From Polynucleobacter necessarius (GTDB taxonomy: Bacteria; Pseudomonadota; Gammaproteobacteria; Burkholderiales; Burkholderiaceae): a stretch of DNA of 32,000 nucleotides. Below the pieces are notes generated by a model. The model saw nothing but the letters and a program-made list of their open reading frames with translations. It was not told where the DNA came from and ran no database searches. Below, piece by piece: positions 7,492 to 18,852 of this stretch; the stretch's first letter is position 1, and each line of letters begins with the position of its first letter. Where the stretch lies: the NCBI RefSeq assembly GCF_900095195.1, contig NZ_LT606950.1:1161946-1193945 (forward strand), written 5' to 3'. A program made the position numbers and the translations under genes.

Positions 7492-10317
7492 TTAGTGCGC
7501 CTCTTCCCAATTATCGCCAATCCCGACACTGACAACTAATGGCACCTTTAATTGCGCTACATTGCACATCAAATCCGGTAACTTTGCTTGCACAAGCACG
7601 ATCTCATCGAGCGGCACATCCAATACCAACTCATCGTGGACTTGCAATAAGAGCTTGGTTTTTAATTGCTCCCGCTCAAGCCAACCCTCTACGGCAATCA
7701 TAGCCAACTTAATCAGATCCGCTGCAGCACCTTGCATGGGCGCATTAATGGCAGCACGCTCCGCACCCTGTCGACGCGGGCCATTGGACCCCTTAATTTC
7801 AGGCAACCAAAGACGTCGACCAAACACCGTTTCGACATAGCCATTTTCTCTGGCCTCTAAGCGTATGCGCTCCATATATTGCGCCACACCGGGATAGCGA
7901 TCAAAGTACTTTGCAATGTAGTTTTGCGCTGCTGAGCGCTCAATTCCCAAATTGCTCGCCAAGCCAAATACACTCATTCCATAAATTATGCCAAAGTTAA
8001 TGACCTTGGCACAACGTCGCTGCTCAGAATTAACCTCACCCAATGGAATGCCAAAGATTTCCGCAGTTGTCGCTTGGTGTACATCTTTGCCTTCTCTGAA
8101 CGCAGCCAAGAGATTTTCATCTTCGGCAATGTGCGCCATGATGCGTAATTCAATTTGTGAGTAGTCCGCTGACAATAACTTACAACCCTCAGCAGGAATA
8201 AATGCCTCACGAATACGACGCCCCTCTTCAGTACGGACGGGAATATTTTGTAAGTTTGGATCACTGGAGGCCAATCTTCCTGTAACGGCTGTCGCTTGGG
8301 AGAAGTTCGTATGTACGCGCCCGGTTCTGGGATCAGCCATACGAGGTAACTTCTCAATATAGGTCGACATTAGCTTGGCCAAGCTACGGTAGTCCAAAAT
8401 CCGCGCTGGCAATGGATAATCCTCAGCCAACTTTTGCAAAACTTCTTCATCGGTTGATGGCGCACCCGATGGTGTTTTCTTAATCACTGGTAATTCTTGC
8501 TGCACAAACAGAATTTCGGCAATCTGCTTGGGTGACTGAATATTGAATGGCTGCCCAGCGAGCTGATGAATCTCGCCCTCCAACTCTAACAACCGTTTAC
8601 CGACTTGCTGACCCTGTTGACCCAATAACGCCGAGTTGATTCGAATGCCGTTGCGTTCCATGATCCCCAGAACGCGCATGGCGGACATTTCGATCGTTTC
8701 ATATACATAGCGCAGCCCAGGACTTTCCTGAATCTGTGGCCATAGCTCTAAATGAAGGCGCAAAGTAATGTCTGCATCCTCTGCTGCATAGTCTGTAGCA
8801 ATCTTCAGATCCACCTGATCAAAGCCAATTTGATGAGCGCCTTTGCCGCAGACCTCTTCATAACGAATGGTCTTCATCCCCAAGTGGCGTTCAGCCAAAC
8901 TGTCCATATTGTGCGAGAGATGCGACTCCAATACATAAGACTCCAGCAATGTATCGAATGCAACTCCACCAAATGTGATTCCATAATTAGCAAAGATATG
9001 AATGTCATACTTCAGGTTTTGACCCACCTTGAGATGCTTTTCACTTTCTAACCAGGGTCTTAATTTTTCAAGAACGACTTCGCGACGCAGCTGTTCTTCT
9101 CCATTGCGATGCGCAACAGGAATGTAACAAGCCTCTCCCGGCTTGACCGATAACGAAATACCAACCAACTCAGCCGCTAACGCATCAAGACTGGTTGTTT
9201 CGGTATCGACCGCAGTTAATTGGGCGCTTTCAATTTTTTTCAACCAACGATCTAAAGCAGCTTCATCCGTGATGCACTCATAGTGACGCTCAATCGCATC
9301 CTGCAACTTGCTCATCTCTTGAGATAGCGCTTTAGTCGGCGCACTTGCAACACTGCGCTTTTTATCGGCCCCAGACCCATCCAAATCCATAGTGGCGGGA
9401 CTACTTACGAGGTCAAAATCAGGAGCCGCGGAAACAGTAGCATCTGAATTTGACAGCTGTTTTTCAACGTCGCGCAACCAAGTCTTAAATGCATAGCGCT
9501 CAAACAACTCTCTGAGAAGCGCCGTATCTTCAGACTTTGCATGCAAATCATCGAGGCCAGGTAAATGAGGCGATAAGTCGCAATCCGTTTTTACAGTAAT
9601 GAGTTGACGGGCTTGTGGCAACCAATTAATTAAGGCGCGCAGATTTTCACCGACCACACCTTTTACTTGATCAGCATTAGCAATTAAGTTATCAAGATTG
9701 CCGAATTCAGCCAACCATTTATTTGCTGTCTTAGGCCCCGCTTTTGGAACTCCAGGAACATTGTCTACTGCGTCACCGATGATTGATAGGTAATCGACAA
9801 TCAACTCTGGAGGCACGCCAAACTTTTCTTTGACGCCCTCAATGTCTAACTTCTCATTTGTCATCGTATTAATTAACGTGACAGACGAATTTACTAACTG
9901 AGCTAAATCTTTATCTCCAGTAGAAATGATGGTTTCCCAACCCGCTTGGGTTGCTTGAGATGCTAAGGTACCAATCACATCATCCGCCTCGACACCCGAA
10001 ACCATTAACACTGGCCAACCCAATGCTTTGACCATGGCATGAATGGGCTCGATTTGCTTGACTAAATCCTCCGGCATTGGGGAGCGATGCGCCTTGTAAT
10101 CGGAGTACATTTCATCGCGGAAGGTCTTGCCCTTGGCATCGAAAACACAGGCAATATGGTCGGCCTTGAGCTCGGACCGAGCCCGGCGCATCATATTAAC
10201 CATGCCATAAATAGCCCCAGTGGGCTCTCCAGCCCCATTTCTGAGGTCTGGCATGGCGTGGAAGGCGCGATACAGGTAACTTGAGCCGTCCACCAACAAG
10301 AGTCTATATTTAGTCAT
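7492..10317 (-). CDS. polA: DNA polymerase I
   Basis: It has a 5-prime nuclease N-terminus (LLLVDGSSYLYRAFHA), a 3-prime-5-prime exonuclease domain (TAVDTETTSLD) and polymerase motifs (LLSADYSQIELRI, RRCAKVINFGIIYG, QVHDELV). The start ATG is at 10317 (MTKYRLLLVDG). The track extension to 10407 is not homologous. Confidence 0.97.
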   Translation of the reverse strand: MTKYRLLLVDGSSYLYRAFHAMPDLRNGAGEPTGAIYGMVNMMRRARSELKADHIACVFDAKGKTFRDEMYSDYKAHRSPMPEDLVKQIEPIHAMVKALGWPVLMVSGVEADDVIGTLASQATQAGWETIISTGDKDLAQLVNSSVTLINTMTNEKLDIEGVKEKFGVPPELIVDYLSIIGDAVDNVPGVPKAGPKTANKWLAEFGNLDNLIANADQVKGVVGENLRALINWLPQARQLITVKTDCDLSPHLPGLDDLHAKSEDTALLRELFERYAFKTWLRDVEKQLSNSDATVSAAPDFDLVSSPATMDLDGSGADKKRSVASAPTKALSQEMSKLQDAIERHYECITDEAALDRWLKKIESAQLTAVDTETTSLDALAAELVGISLSVKPGEACYIPVAHRNGEEQLRREVVLEKLRPWLESEKHLKVGQNLKYDIHIFANYGITFGGVAFDTLLESYVLESHLSHNMDSLAERHLGMKTIRYEEVCGKGAHQIGFDQVDLKIATDYAAEDADITLRLHLELWPQIQESPGLRYVYETIEMSAMRVLGIMERNGIRINSALLGQQGQQVGKRLLELEGEIHQLAGQPFNIQSPKQIAEILFVQQELPVIKKTPSGAPSTDEEVLQKLAEDYPLPARILDYRSLAKLMSTYIEKLPRMADPRTGRVHTNFSQATAVTGRLASSDPNLQNIPVRTEEGRRIREAFIPAEGCKLLSADYSQIELRIMAHIAEDENLLAAFREGKDVHQATTAEIFGIPLGEVNSEQRRCAKVINFGIIYGMSVFGLASNLGIERSAAQNYIAKYFDRYPGVAQYMERIRLEARENGYVETVFGRRLWLPEIKGSNGPRRQGAERAAINAPMQGAAADLIKLAMIAVEGWLEREQLKTKLLLQVHDELVLDVPLDEIVLVQAKLPDLMCNVAQLKVPLVVSVGIGDNWEEAH

Positions 10318-10398
10318 ACCGCAATCGTACAATCTAGTTAATAACTGCCTACAGGACTGGTTAAAAGAACCGCCCGAGAGTAGGCCAAAAAAGGTAAA

Positions 10399-10812
10399 AT
10401 GATGCATGCTCTAACGAACTTAATCAGCCATACCTTCAGCCAAAGCCTTGCTTTTATGAGCGTTTTGATGATTTTTAGCGTATTTGGCACCACTTCGGCC
10501 ATGGCTCAGAATACCAGCCAAGCGCTCAGCCAATCCGAACTGAACCGAATCAATAATCAACCGCTCTCTCCAACGGTAACCCCCGCCGGTGTAGTCGAAG
10601 GCCCCCAGTCACGTAAACCTAGCTTTCAACATAAAGAAGTCACTGGAACTGAGGTGACCGAATACAAAGACGCTAATAGCCCGACCTAAGTACAAGTCAA
10701 AACAAAATACACCACCTACGAAATGTCGCCACCGGATTCAGTTATGCCTGGTCCACCCTCTGGCGAAGGTTCTATGATTAGCGTTCCAAGTATTAGCATC
10801 CCTATTCAATAA
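10399..10812 (+). pseudogene. small secreted protein (possibly DUF2782-like), apparently interrupted by an in-frame TAA at 10687-10689
   Basis: It has a signal-peptide-like N-terminus (MSVLMIFSVFGTTSAMA from the ATG at 10456). After the TAA the same frame stays open for 40 more codons (VQVKTKYTTYEMSPPDS...SIPIQ) to the TAA at 10810-10812, 15 nt before thrB. The polA/small protein/thrB synteny is recalled from other proteobacteria. The family assignment is weak. Confidence 0.45.
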
Positions 10813-10827
10813 CATCATTGCAACTGT

Positions 10828-11805
10828 ATGGCCGTATTCACGCCGATTGAACTGAGTGATATCGCAGAATGGATTTCACAAGATTTCAAGATTGGTGAAG
10901 CCACAGCTATTCGCGGCATCCATGGCGGCATCGAAAATTCCAATTTCTTTTTAGATACTTTGCAAGGTGGAACGAAACAGGAGTACGTTCTCACGATATT
11001 TGAACGGCTCTCTGCAGAACAGTTGCCCTACTACCTCGAGTTGATGCGCCACTTAGCAAATAAGGGAATCCCTGTTCCAAAACCGATTGAAAACCATCGT
11101 GGTGAAATTCTGTTTTTACTGAAGGGCAAACCTGCTGCAATCGTGACTAAACTTCCAGGCCTATCACGTATGCAGCCTGAGGCAAACCACTGCGCTATGG
11201 TTGGTGCCATGTTAGCCAAAATGCATTTAGCAGGTGGTGATTTTCAAAAGTCTCAAGAAAATCTGCGTAGCCTTGGTTGGTGGCAAAAAACAATTCCGCT
11301 GGTACTACCGCATTTAGATGCCACACAAAAAGATTTGCTCACGCATGAACTTGCTACGCAGGAAACCTTCTTTGCATCCAGAAACTATGATCTACTGCCA
11401 CAAGGTGCAAGTCATTGCGATCTCTTTCGCGATAATGTTCTTTTTGATCCAAAAAATAATTCAGATACCAGCAATGATCAACTTGGTGGCTTCTTTGATT
11501 TCTACTTCGCTGGTACAGTAAAATGGCTATTTGATCTCGCAGTCACCGCAAACGATTGGTGTCTCGCTGAAAATAAACAAGATCTCGATCCTGGGCGACT
11601 GAATGCCCTGATGACTGCCTATCAATCTGTGCGCCTCTTGACCAAAGAGGAGCAAGTAAGTTGGCAGTTGATGCTGCGCGCTGCCGCACTGCGTTTCTGG
11701 GTATCCCGCTTATGGGACTTTTACCTGCCACGTGACGCAGAAATGCTAACCCCGCATGACCCAACCCATTTTGAACGTATTCTGCTTAGTCGACGTTGCT
11801 TATGA
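10828..11805 (+). CDS. thrB: homoserine kinase (APH-fold, Pseudomonas/Burkholderia-type ThrB)
   Basis: 325 aa with GIENSNFFL near the N-terminus and the catalytic HCDLFRDNVLF motif of the phosphotransferase-fold homoserine kinases. Confidence 0.85.
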   Translation: MAVFTPIELSDIAEWISQDFKIGEATAIRGIHGGIENSNFFLDTLQGGTKQEYVLTIFERLSAEQLPYYLELMRHLANKGIPVPKPIENHRGEILFLLKGKPAAIVTKLPGLSRMQPEANHCAMVGAMLAKMHLAGGDFQKSQENLRSLGWWQKTIPLVLPHLDATQKDLLTHELATQETFFASRNYDLLPQGASHCDLFRDNVLFDPKNNSDTSNDQLGGFFDFYFAGTVKWLFDLAVTANDWCLAENKQDLDPGRLNALMTAYQSVRLLTKEEQVSWQLMLRAAALRFWVSRLWDFYLPRDAEMLTPHDPTHFERILLSRRCL

Positions 11806-12575
11806 AACTCAACTCAGTCGCCCCAAAAGAAGGCTACACCTGGATTAGACAAGGCATTTGGCTCTTCAAGCAAAACCCCATCGGTTTTTTGATGTTGGTA
11901 TTTATGTATGTTTTTGTAGCCCAACTTGCAGTCATCATTCCAGTCACCGGCGTCTTTGCAGCACTTCTCTTAACCCCAACCCTATCGGTTGGCTTCTTGA
12001 CGGCATGTCGCCAGGCCATCCAAAAAGAACGTATTCGACCGCTGGTGTATTTAATAGCCCTGCAATCTGGCGAGGTGATTCGCAAACGGATGTTGCAATT
12101 GGGTCTGGTCTACGCAGCACTCATTTTGTTGCTCAGCTTTATTCTGAGCCTACTAGTAGATTTTGAAACACTGCTCCCACTGATGACGAATGATAAAGCT
12201 ATCACACCAGAAGCGCTGCGCCAAGTTTACTTAGTACTTTTTTTTGGGGCAATTCTTTATATCCCCGTTGCCATGTTGATGTGGTTCTCACCCATTCTGG
12301 TTGCTTGGGCGGATATGTCTATTCCACAAGCACTCTTCTCAAGTTGGGTAGCCTGCTGGACTAATAAAGCTGCATTCTTTTATTACCTCGTCATCTGGAG
12401 CGCGATACTGATAGCCATTCCATTAACAATCGGTATGCTGTTTGATGCACTCAATTTTGGCCAAGCTGCTTCGTTCATTATTGCCCCCATTTCCATGGCG
12501 GGGCTAACCATCATGCATTGCTCTTTTTATGCCACTTGGAAGGCTTGCTTTACAGAAGACGAAATTATTCTGTAA
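11802..12575 (+). CDS. conserved polytopic inner-membrane protein of unknown function (BPSS1780-like by recollection)
   Basis: About 257 aa with 5-6 hydrophobic segments. The ATG at 11802 overlaps the thrB TGA (ATGA), implying translational coupling. No catalytic motif was recognised. Confidence 0.6.
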   Translation: MKLNSVAPKEGYTWIRQGIWLFKQNPIGFLMLVFMYVFVAQLAVIIPVTGVFAALLLTPTLSVGFLTACRQAIQKERIRPLVYLIALQSGEVIRKRMLQLGLVYAALILLLSFILSLLVDFETLLPLMTNDKAITPEALRQVYLVLFFGAILYIPVAMLMWFSPILVAWADMSIPQALFSSWVACWTNKAAFFYYLVIWSAILIAIPLTIGMLFDALNFGQAASFIIAPISMAGLTIMHCSFYATWKACFTEDEIIL

Positions 12576-12598
12576 GCCTTGCTACCCTGCTGCACCGC

Positions 12599-14965
12599 TC
12601 AATCAATCGCTGCAAGCTTTGCGATACTCAGCTGTAACCACTTCACTCCGTGACGCTTAAAGTTCACTTGCGCACGAGCATCCGCATCCACTCCTTCTAG
12701 CCTCGTAACACGACCCTCGCCAAACTTGGTGTGAAATACATTTTGACCGATTTTGAATGGGTAATCACCCCGCGGTGGCGAAGCCAATCGCTTAACTTCC
12801 ATCGAGGCCGAACCTACCCGCTTCGCTGACCTTGGTCGCTCACTGCCAGAATCAAAAAAATCGTTTGACTCGCACTCCCGTTGACGCGTGTAGCCATCTT
12901 GCCAAGTTGAGTTAGCCCTTGAGCTGCCACCCCAACGCGCATCTTTTACTTTCGGGGTTAACCATTTCAATGAATCAGATGGCAACTCTTCTAAGAAACG
13001 TGATGGCATGTTGTAGCGCACTTGACCATGCAACATACGCGATTGTGTATGGGATAAATACAGGCGCTCTTTGGCGCGTGTGATTGCCACATACATCAAG
13101 CGCCGCTCTTCCTCAAGACCATTGTGCTCATTGATACTATTTTCATGAGGAAACAGCCCCTCTTCGAGACCAGTAATAAATACCGAGGTGAACTCCAAGC
13201 CTTTGGCTGAGTGCACCGTCATCAATTGCACAGCGTCTTGTCCCGCTTGTGCTTGATTGTCTCCCGCCTCTAACGAAGCATGCGCCAAGAAAGCAGCCAA
13301 CGGGGAAATCTCCACCACTCCTGGACCGCCCTCATTTGGCAACATAGCGGCTACGGCATCTTGACCATAGCCATCCTCGGCAATGAAAGCGGTGGCTGCA
13401 TTGATTAATTCTTGCAAGTTCTCTACGCGATCTTGCCCTTCACGCTCAGATAAGTAATGCTGAATCAATCCGCTGTGTTGAATCACGAATTCGACCGTCT
13501 CAGGAAGAGTATTGTGACGCGTTGCTTCACGCATGTGGTCCACTAGACGAATAAAGCCCCCGAGCGCTGCACCAGCTTTTCCCTCCAAAGACGACGCAGC
13601 GGTATAGAGAGAGCATTGCTGAATTCGAGCGGCATCTTGCAATGCCTCAATGGATCTTGCGCCTATACCGCGCGTTGGGAAATTGACAACACGAGAAAAT
13701 GAGGTGTCATCGTTTGGATTTTCAAGCAAGCGAAGATATGCCAAAGCATGCTTAATTTCAGCGCGTTCGAAGAATCGCAAACCCCCATAAACACGATACG
13801 GAATGCCTGCGGAGAATAATGCGTGTTCAATAATGCGTGACTGAGCATTACTGCGATAGAGCAGTGCCACCTCAGTCTTTTTGATACCGCTATTAATGAG
13901 CGCTTTTATTTCATCTACCAGCCAAGCAGCCTCAGCATGATCACTAGGCGCCTCATAAATCCGAACTGGCTCCCCATGTCCGGCATCGGTTCGTAAATTT
14001 TTTCCAAGCCGCCCTGAATTATTCGCAATAAGGTGATTAGCGGTATCCAGAATATATCCGTGCGAACGATAGTTTCGCTCTAGTTTGACTAAGAGTGGAT
14101 GAAATTGCTTTTCATAAAGACGCATGTTTTTGACATCTGCGCCACGAAATGCATAGATACTTTGGTCATCGTCGCCTACTGCAAACACTGAACTACTGCC
14201 CATACCACTCACATTGACTTTGCTTGCATCATGTCCAGAAAGCAGCTTAAGCCAAGCGTATTGCAAGGCATTGGTATCCTGGAACTCATCAATCAGGATG
14301 TGACGAAAGCGTTCTTGATAATGCATACGAATAGGTTCGCTATGTTTGAGTAATTCGTAGCTACGCAGCAAAAGTTCTGCAAAATCTATTACGCCCTCAC
14401 GCTGACATTGTTCATCGTAAGCTGCGTAGAGCTGTGCCAGCTTTGCCTGAAAGTCATCACCGACTGATAAATCTTTAGCGCGCTGACCACGCTCTTTGGC
14501 ATGGGCAATGAAATACTGTAATTGCTTGGGCGGATACTTTTCATCATCGACTTTCAGTCCTTTTAAAAGTCGCTTTATGACGGACAACTGATCTTGGGTA
14601 TCCAAGATCTGAAAGGTCGATGGCAAGCCCGCCTCTTTATGGTGAGCGAGCAACAGTCGGTTACAAAGACCATGGAATGTTCCAATCCACATTCCCCGAG
14701 TGTTAATCGGCAACATAGCACTCAAGCGCACCATCATCTCTTTGGCGGCTTTATTGGTAAAGGTCACTGCTAAGACGCCGATTGGCGATACCTGACCAGT
14801 TTGGATCAGCCAAGCAATACGGGTTGTTAAAACACGGGTCTTACCACTACCAGCACCAGCCAAGATTAAGGCGGATTGGGCGTGGCCATTGGCAGCAACA
14901 GGCGGGAGGGTTACTGCCTCGCGCTGTTCGGGATTAAGGTTCGCGAGCAAGTCTGAGTACACCAC
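12599..14965 (-). CDS. uvrD: ATP-dependent DNA helicase II (UvrD/PcrA family)
   Basis: 788 aa with Walker [13 protein letters not shown], and the motifs [30 protein letters not shown] and YVAITRA. A Tudor-like tail sits at the C-terminus. It starts with GTG at 14965, the first start codon after an upstream in-frame stop. Confidence 0.93.
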   Translation of the reverse strand: MVYSDLLANLNPEQREAVTLPPVAANGHAQSALILAGAGSGKTRVLTTRIAWLIQTGQVSPIGVLAVTFTNKAAKEMMVRLSAMLPINTRGMWIGTFHGLCNRLLLAHHKEAGLPSTFQILDTQDQLSVIKRLLKGLKVDDEKYPPKQLQYFIAHAKERGQRAKDLSVGDDFQAKLAQLYAAYDEQCQREGVIDFAELLLRSYELLKHSEPIRMHYQERFRHILIDEFQDTNALQYAWLKLLSGHDASKVNVSGMGSSSVFAVGDDDQSIYAFRGADVKNMRLYEKQFHPLLVKLERNYRSHGYILDTANHLIANNSGRLGKNLRTDAGHGEPVRIYEAPSDHAEAAWLVDEIKALINSGIKKTEVALLYRSNAQSRIIEHALFSAGIPYRVYGGLRFFERAEIKHALAYLRLLENPNDDTSFSRVVNFPTRGIGARSIEALQDAARIQQCSLYTAASSLEGKAGAALGGFIRLVDHMREATRHNTLPETVEFVIQHSGLIQHYLSEREGQDRVENLQELINAATAFIAEDGYGQDAVAAMLPNEGGPGVVEISPLAAFLAHASLEAGDNQAQAGQDAVQLMTVHSAKGLEFTSVFITGLEEGLFPHENSINEHNGLEEERRLMYVAITRAKERLYLSHTQSRMLHGQVRYNMPSRFLEELPSDSLKWLTPKVKDARWGGSSRANSTWQDGYTRQRECESNDFFDSGSERPRSAKRVGSASMEVKRLASPPRGDYPFKIGQNVFHTKFGEGRVTRLEGVDADARAQVNFKRHGVKWLQLSIAKLAAID

Positions 14966-14986
14966 CCCAATTATAATTTGCCTCTT

Positions 14987-17872
14987 ATGCCAAACGCCTC
15001 AAATATTCCTAATTCACCAGCCACCAGTTCAATCGATGAACTAGCTAAATCCTATGAGCCAGCCCCAATAGAAGCCTATTGGGGTCCAGAGTGGGAACGC
15101 AGAGGCATTGCCGATGCCAGCATGGATGGGGGTAAGAGCGACTTCTCCATTCAATTGCCACCACCAAATGTCACTGGCACTCTACATATGGGGCATGCTT
15201 TCAACCAAACCATTATGGATGGATTGGTTCGCCATGCCCGCATGTCTGGAAAAAATACCTTGTGGGTTCCGGGAACGGATCATGCTGGGATCGCTACACA
15301 GATTGTTGTAGAGCGTCAGCTCGATGCGCAAAAAGTATCGCGCCATGATTTAGGTCGCGAAAAGTTTCTCGAAAAAATTTGGGAGTGGAAAGAAACTTCT
15401 GGCAATACCATCACCCGTCAAATTCGCCGTCTTGGTGCATCCATTGATTGGGGTAAAGAATATTTCACGATGGACAGCAAAATGTCCAAAGCCGTGGTTG
15501 AGGTGTTTGTTCGACTGCACGAACAAGGTTTAATCTATCGCGGCAAACGATTGGTAAATTGGGACCCCGTTCTGGGTACTGCCGTTTCTGATCTAGAAGT
15601 GGTGAGCGAAGAAGAAGATGGCTCTATGTGGCATATCCGCTATCCATTGGCGGATGGCTCTGGTCACCTCACAGTCGCCACCACTCGTCCTGAAACCTTG
15701 TTGGGTGACGTCGCGGTGATGGTGAACCCAGAAGATGAGCGCTACAAACACCTGATTGGTCAATCTGTTCATCTCCCCTTATGCGATCGTCAAATACCGA
15801 TCATTGCAGATGAGTATGTGGATTTGAATTTTGGAACCGGGGTTGTAAAAGTCACCCCCGCACATGACTTTAACGACTACTCAGTTGGACAACGCCATCA
15901 ATTACCGTTAATCAACATCCTTACCTTGGATGCCAAGATTAATGAAAATGCGCCTGCCGCTTATCAGGGCATGGAACGTTTTGCTGCGCGCAAACAGATC
16001 GTTGCTGACCTAGATGCCGCTGGTCTACTCGAAAAAGTACAACCACATAAATTAATGGTGCCACGTGGTGATCGTACGCAAACGATTATTGAGCCCATGC
16101 TGACTGACCAGTGGTTTGTGGCGATGTCTAAGCCAAGTACAGATAATCAATATCAACCAGGCTCTTCTATTGCCGGCGCAGCGTTAGATGCTGTTACTAA
16201 AGGCGATATCAAGTTAGTCCCCAAAAACTGGATCAATACTTACACCCAATGGCTGAAAAACATTCAGGACTGGTGCATCTCTCGTCAGCTTTGGTGGGGA
16301 CATCAAATTCCCGCATGGTACGGGGATGATGGGCAGATTTTTGTGGCACGCTCGGAGGAAGAAGCCAAAGCTGCGGCAACTGGCTATGCTGGCCAACTCC
16401 ATCGCGATCCAGATGTACTCGATACTTGGTTTAGCTCGGCACTGGTACCATTTAGTTCCTTAGGCTGGCCTGACAAGATAGCTGCTCTAGATCACTTTTT
16501 GCCATCCTCGGTATTGGTGACAGGCTTTGACATCATCTTCTTTTGGGTGGCACGCATGGTCATGATGACTTGCCACTTCACAGGTAAAGTGCCGTTTCAT
16601 ACCGTCTATGTTCATGGATTGGTGCGTGATGCAGAAGGTCAGAAAATGAGCAAATCCAAAGGTAACACCTTGGATCCAATTGATCTGATTGATGGCATCA
16701 AGATTGAAGAGTTGGTAGAGAAACGCACTACTGGCCTCATGAACCCAAAGCAAGCGGAAAGCATTAGCAAGAAAACCAAAAAAGAATTTCCGGAAGGCAT
16801 TCCTGCTTTTGGCACCGATGCACTGCGTTTTACATTTGCATCGCTTGCGTCATTAGGCCGCAATATCAATTTTGATCAAAAACGTTGCGAAGGCTATCGT
16901 AATTTCTGCAACAAACTGTGGAATGCTACCCGCTTTGTTCTCATGAACTGCCCCGGTGGAGATGAAGACAATGGTTTAGCCCCCTGCGACAACCAATATG
17001 GCCCAGAAGGTTATTTGGATTTCTCACCGGCAGATCGCTGGATTGTGTCTCAACTGCAACGCACCGAGGCTGAGGTTGCTAAAGGCTTCCAAAACTATCG
17101 CTTTGATAACATTGCCAGCAACATCTATCAATTTGCATGGGACGAATACTGCGACTGGTATCTCGAGCTCGCCAAAGTTCAACTGCAAACAGGTACGCCC
17201 GCCCAGCAGCGCGCTACCCGCCGAACATTATTACGCGTCTTGGAAACCATTTTGCGTCTTGCTCATCCACTTATTCCATTTATCACCGAAACATTGTGGC
17301 AAACGGTTGGACCAAAGTCTGGCAAAGAGCTCGCTAAACAAGCTAAACAAACAATCGCCTTGCAACCCTATCCTGTTTCTCAACCCGAAAAGATCGATGA
17401 GCAGAGCGAAGTGTGGGTTGCACAAGTAAAAGCGATTGTGGATGCCTGCAGAAACTTACGCGGTGAGATGCAAGTCCCTCCTGGCCAAAAAGTTCCCCTC
17501 TGGATTTATGGCCCAGATGCCTTCTTACAAAAAGCAACGCCCCACCTACTTGCTCTGGCTAAATTGAGCGAAGTCAAAATCTATAGCGATGAATCTGCTC
17601 TAGAAAAAGATGCGCCTGGTGCGCCAATTGCTTTAGTTGGTGATATCAAGCTACTCTTGAAGATCGAGGTGGACATTGCAGCAGAGCGCGTTCGCTTTGT
17701 CAAGGAAATTGAGCGCCTAGCAAATGAAATTACCAAAGCAAAGGGTAAATTGAGCAATGAAAGCTTTGTGGCTCGCGCCCCAGCAGAGGTGGTAGCTCAA
17801 GAAAAACAACGCCTTGCAGGATTCGAGCAAAATCATGAGAAGCTTGTTGCACAATTAGAGCGTCTTAAATAA
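14987..17872 (+). CDS. valS: valine--tRNA ligase
   Basis: It carries the HIGH-type motif (TLHMGHAFN), KMSKSKGN, an editing domain and a C-terminal coiled coil. The ATG is at 14987, with an alternative TTG at 14978. Confidence 0.97.
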   Translation: MPNASNIPNSPATSSIDELAKSYEPAPIEAYWGPEWERRGIADASMDGGKSDFSIQLPPPNVTGTLHMGHAFNQTIMDGLVRHARMSGKNTLWVPGTDHAGIATQIVVERQLDAQKVSRHDLGREKFLEKIWEWKETSGNTITRQIRRLGASIDWGKEYFTMDSKMSKAVVEVFVRLHEQGLIYRGKRLVNWDPVLGTAVSDLEVVSEEEDGSMWHIRYPLADGSGHLTVATTRPETLLGDVAVMVNPEDERYKHLIGQSVHLPLCDRQIPIIADEYVDLNFGTGVVKVTPAHDFNDYSVGQRHQLPLINILTLDAKINENAPAAYQGMERFAARKQIVADLDAAGLLEKVQPHKLMVPRGDRTQTIIEPMLTDQWFVAMSKPSTDNQYQPGSSIAGAALDAVTKGDIKLVPKNWINTYTQWLKNIQDWCISRQLWWGHQIPAWYGDDGQIFVARSEEEAKAAATGYAGQLHRDPDVLDTWFSSALVPFSSLGWPDKIAALDHFLPSSVLVTGFDIIFFWVARMVMMTCHFTGKVPFHTVYVHGLVRDAEGQKMSKSKGNTLDPIDLIDGIKIEELVEKRTTGLMNPKQAESISKKTKKEFPEGIPAFGTDALRFTFASLASLGRNINFDQKRCEGYRNFCNKLWNATRFVLMNCPGGDEDNGLAPCDNQYGPEGYLDFSPADRWIVSQLQRTEAEVAKGFQNYRFDNIASNIYQFAWDEYCDWYLELAKVQLQTGTPAQQRATRRTLLRVLETILRLAHPLIPFITETLWQTVGPKSGKELAKQAKQTIALQPYPVSQPEKIDEQSEVWVAQVKAIVDACRNLRGEMQVPPGQKVPLWIYGPDAFLQKATPHLLALAKLSEVKIYSDESALEKDAPGAPIALVGDIKLLLKIEVDIAAERVRFVKEIERLANEITKAKGKLSNESFVARAPAEVVAQEKQRLAGFEQNHEKLVAQLERLK

Positions 17873-17886
17873 AGATTGGATTATTG

Positions 17887-18771
17887 ATGCCATTAACCAC
17901 GAAAGCCGTTACCAAAGCCGTCTTCCCTGTTGCTGGTCTAGGCACGCGCTTTTTGCCTGCTACGAAAGCAAGCCCCAAAGAGATGCTCAATGTGGTTGAT
18001 AAGCCCCTGATTCAATATGCTGTTGAAGAGGCTATTGCGGCTGGCATTACTGAAATGATCTTTGTTACTGGGCGTAGCAAACGTGCCATTGAGGATCATT
18101 TTGATAAAGCGTATGAGCTCGAAGCCGAACTGGAAGCCAAAAATAAACAGGCCTTGCTGGAGATAGTGCGTAGCGTAAAACCCAGTCACGTAGATTGTGT
18201 TTATGTTCGCCAACCCGAAGTGCTTGGACTTGGCCATGCTGTATTGTGCGCAGAGAAATTAGTCCGCGACGAGCCTTTCGCCATCATCTTAGCGGATGAC
18301 TTATTAGATGGTCAGCCACCTGTGCTCAAGCAGATGCTCAATGTTTTTAATGAACATAATGGTTCGGTCATTGCAGTTGAGAAAATTGATCCGGCCAAAA
18401 GTAGTTCATACGGAATCGTTGCCGGTACCGAAGCTGCTAAAGGGATTCATCGCCTCAATGGCATTGTGGAAAAACCGCAACCAAAAGATGCGCCATCAAA
18501 CCTAGCGGTCGTTGGTCGTTACGTTCTCTCGTCCGACATCTTCAGGCACATTCGCAACCTTAAGCCAGGCGCTGGGGGTGAGATACAGCTGACTGACGCA
18601 ATTGCCACCTTGCTGAAAGAGGAACCCGTCTTTGCCTATGAGTACGATGGCGTGCGCTACGACTGTGGTAGCAAACTTGGCTATCTCAAAGCATCCGTTG
18701 AATTTGCTTTACGCCACCCCGAGGTATCGGGCGATTTCGCTGCTTACCTGAAAAGTCGTTCCCTCACTTAA
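17887..18771 (+). CDS. galU: UTP--glucose-1-phosphate uridylyltransferase
   Basis: The N-terminal [24 protein letters not shown] motif and VEKP motif are present, and the length is about 294 aa. It lies 14 nt downstream of valS. Confidence 0.95.
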   Translation: MPLTTKAVTKAVFPVAGLGTRFLPATKASPKEMLNVVDKPLIQYAVEEAIAAGITEMIFVTGRSKRAIEDHFDKAYELEAELEAKNKQALLEIVRSVKPSHVDCVYVRQPEVLGLGHAVLCAEKLVRDEPFAIILADDLLDGQPPVLKQMLNVFNEHNGSVIAVEKIDPAKSSSYGIVAGTEAAKGIHRLNGIVEKPQPKDAPSNLAVVGRYVLSSDIFRHIRNLKPGAGGEIQLTDAIATLLKEEPVFAYEYDGVRYDCGSKLGYLKASVEFALRHPEVSGDFAAYLKSRSLT

Positions 18772-18790
18772 ATTACTAGCGAGATAAAAT

Positions 18791-18819
18791 AAAAAGGCGG
18801 GTATCTCTCTCGCCTTTTT
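18791..18819. terminator. bidirectional rho-independent terminator candidate between convergent galU and the tusA-like gene
   Basis: AAAAAGGCG (18791-18799) pairs with CGCCTTTTT (18811-18819) around an 11-nt loop. The A-run on one side and T-run on the other allow function in both directions. The GC core of the stem is short. Confidence 0.6.
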
Positions 18820-18852
18820 GTTTGCACTTCAGATCTCACTCAGCTGTATTGT

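Noticed and set aside
10318-10407. N-terminal extensions offered by the ORF track (polA to 10407, xseB to 4596, glnS from 23859, Rieske from 4560, dxs to 3377)
   Set aside because: The extensions are non-homologous, basic or hydrophobic junk. They run through a terminator (glnS) or into neighbouring genes. Internal Met codons reproduce the canonical family N-termini.
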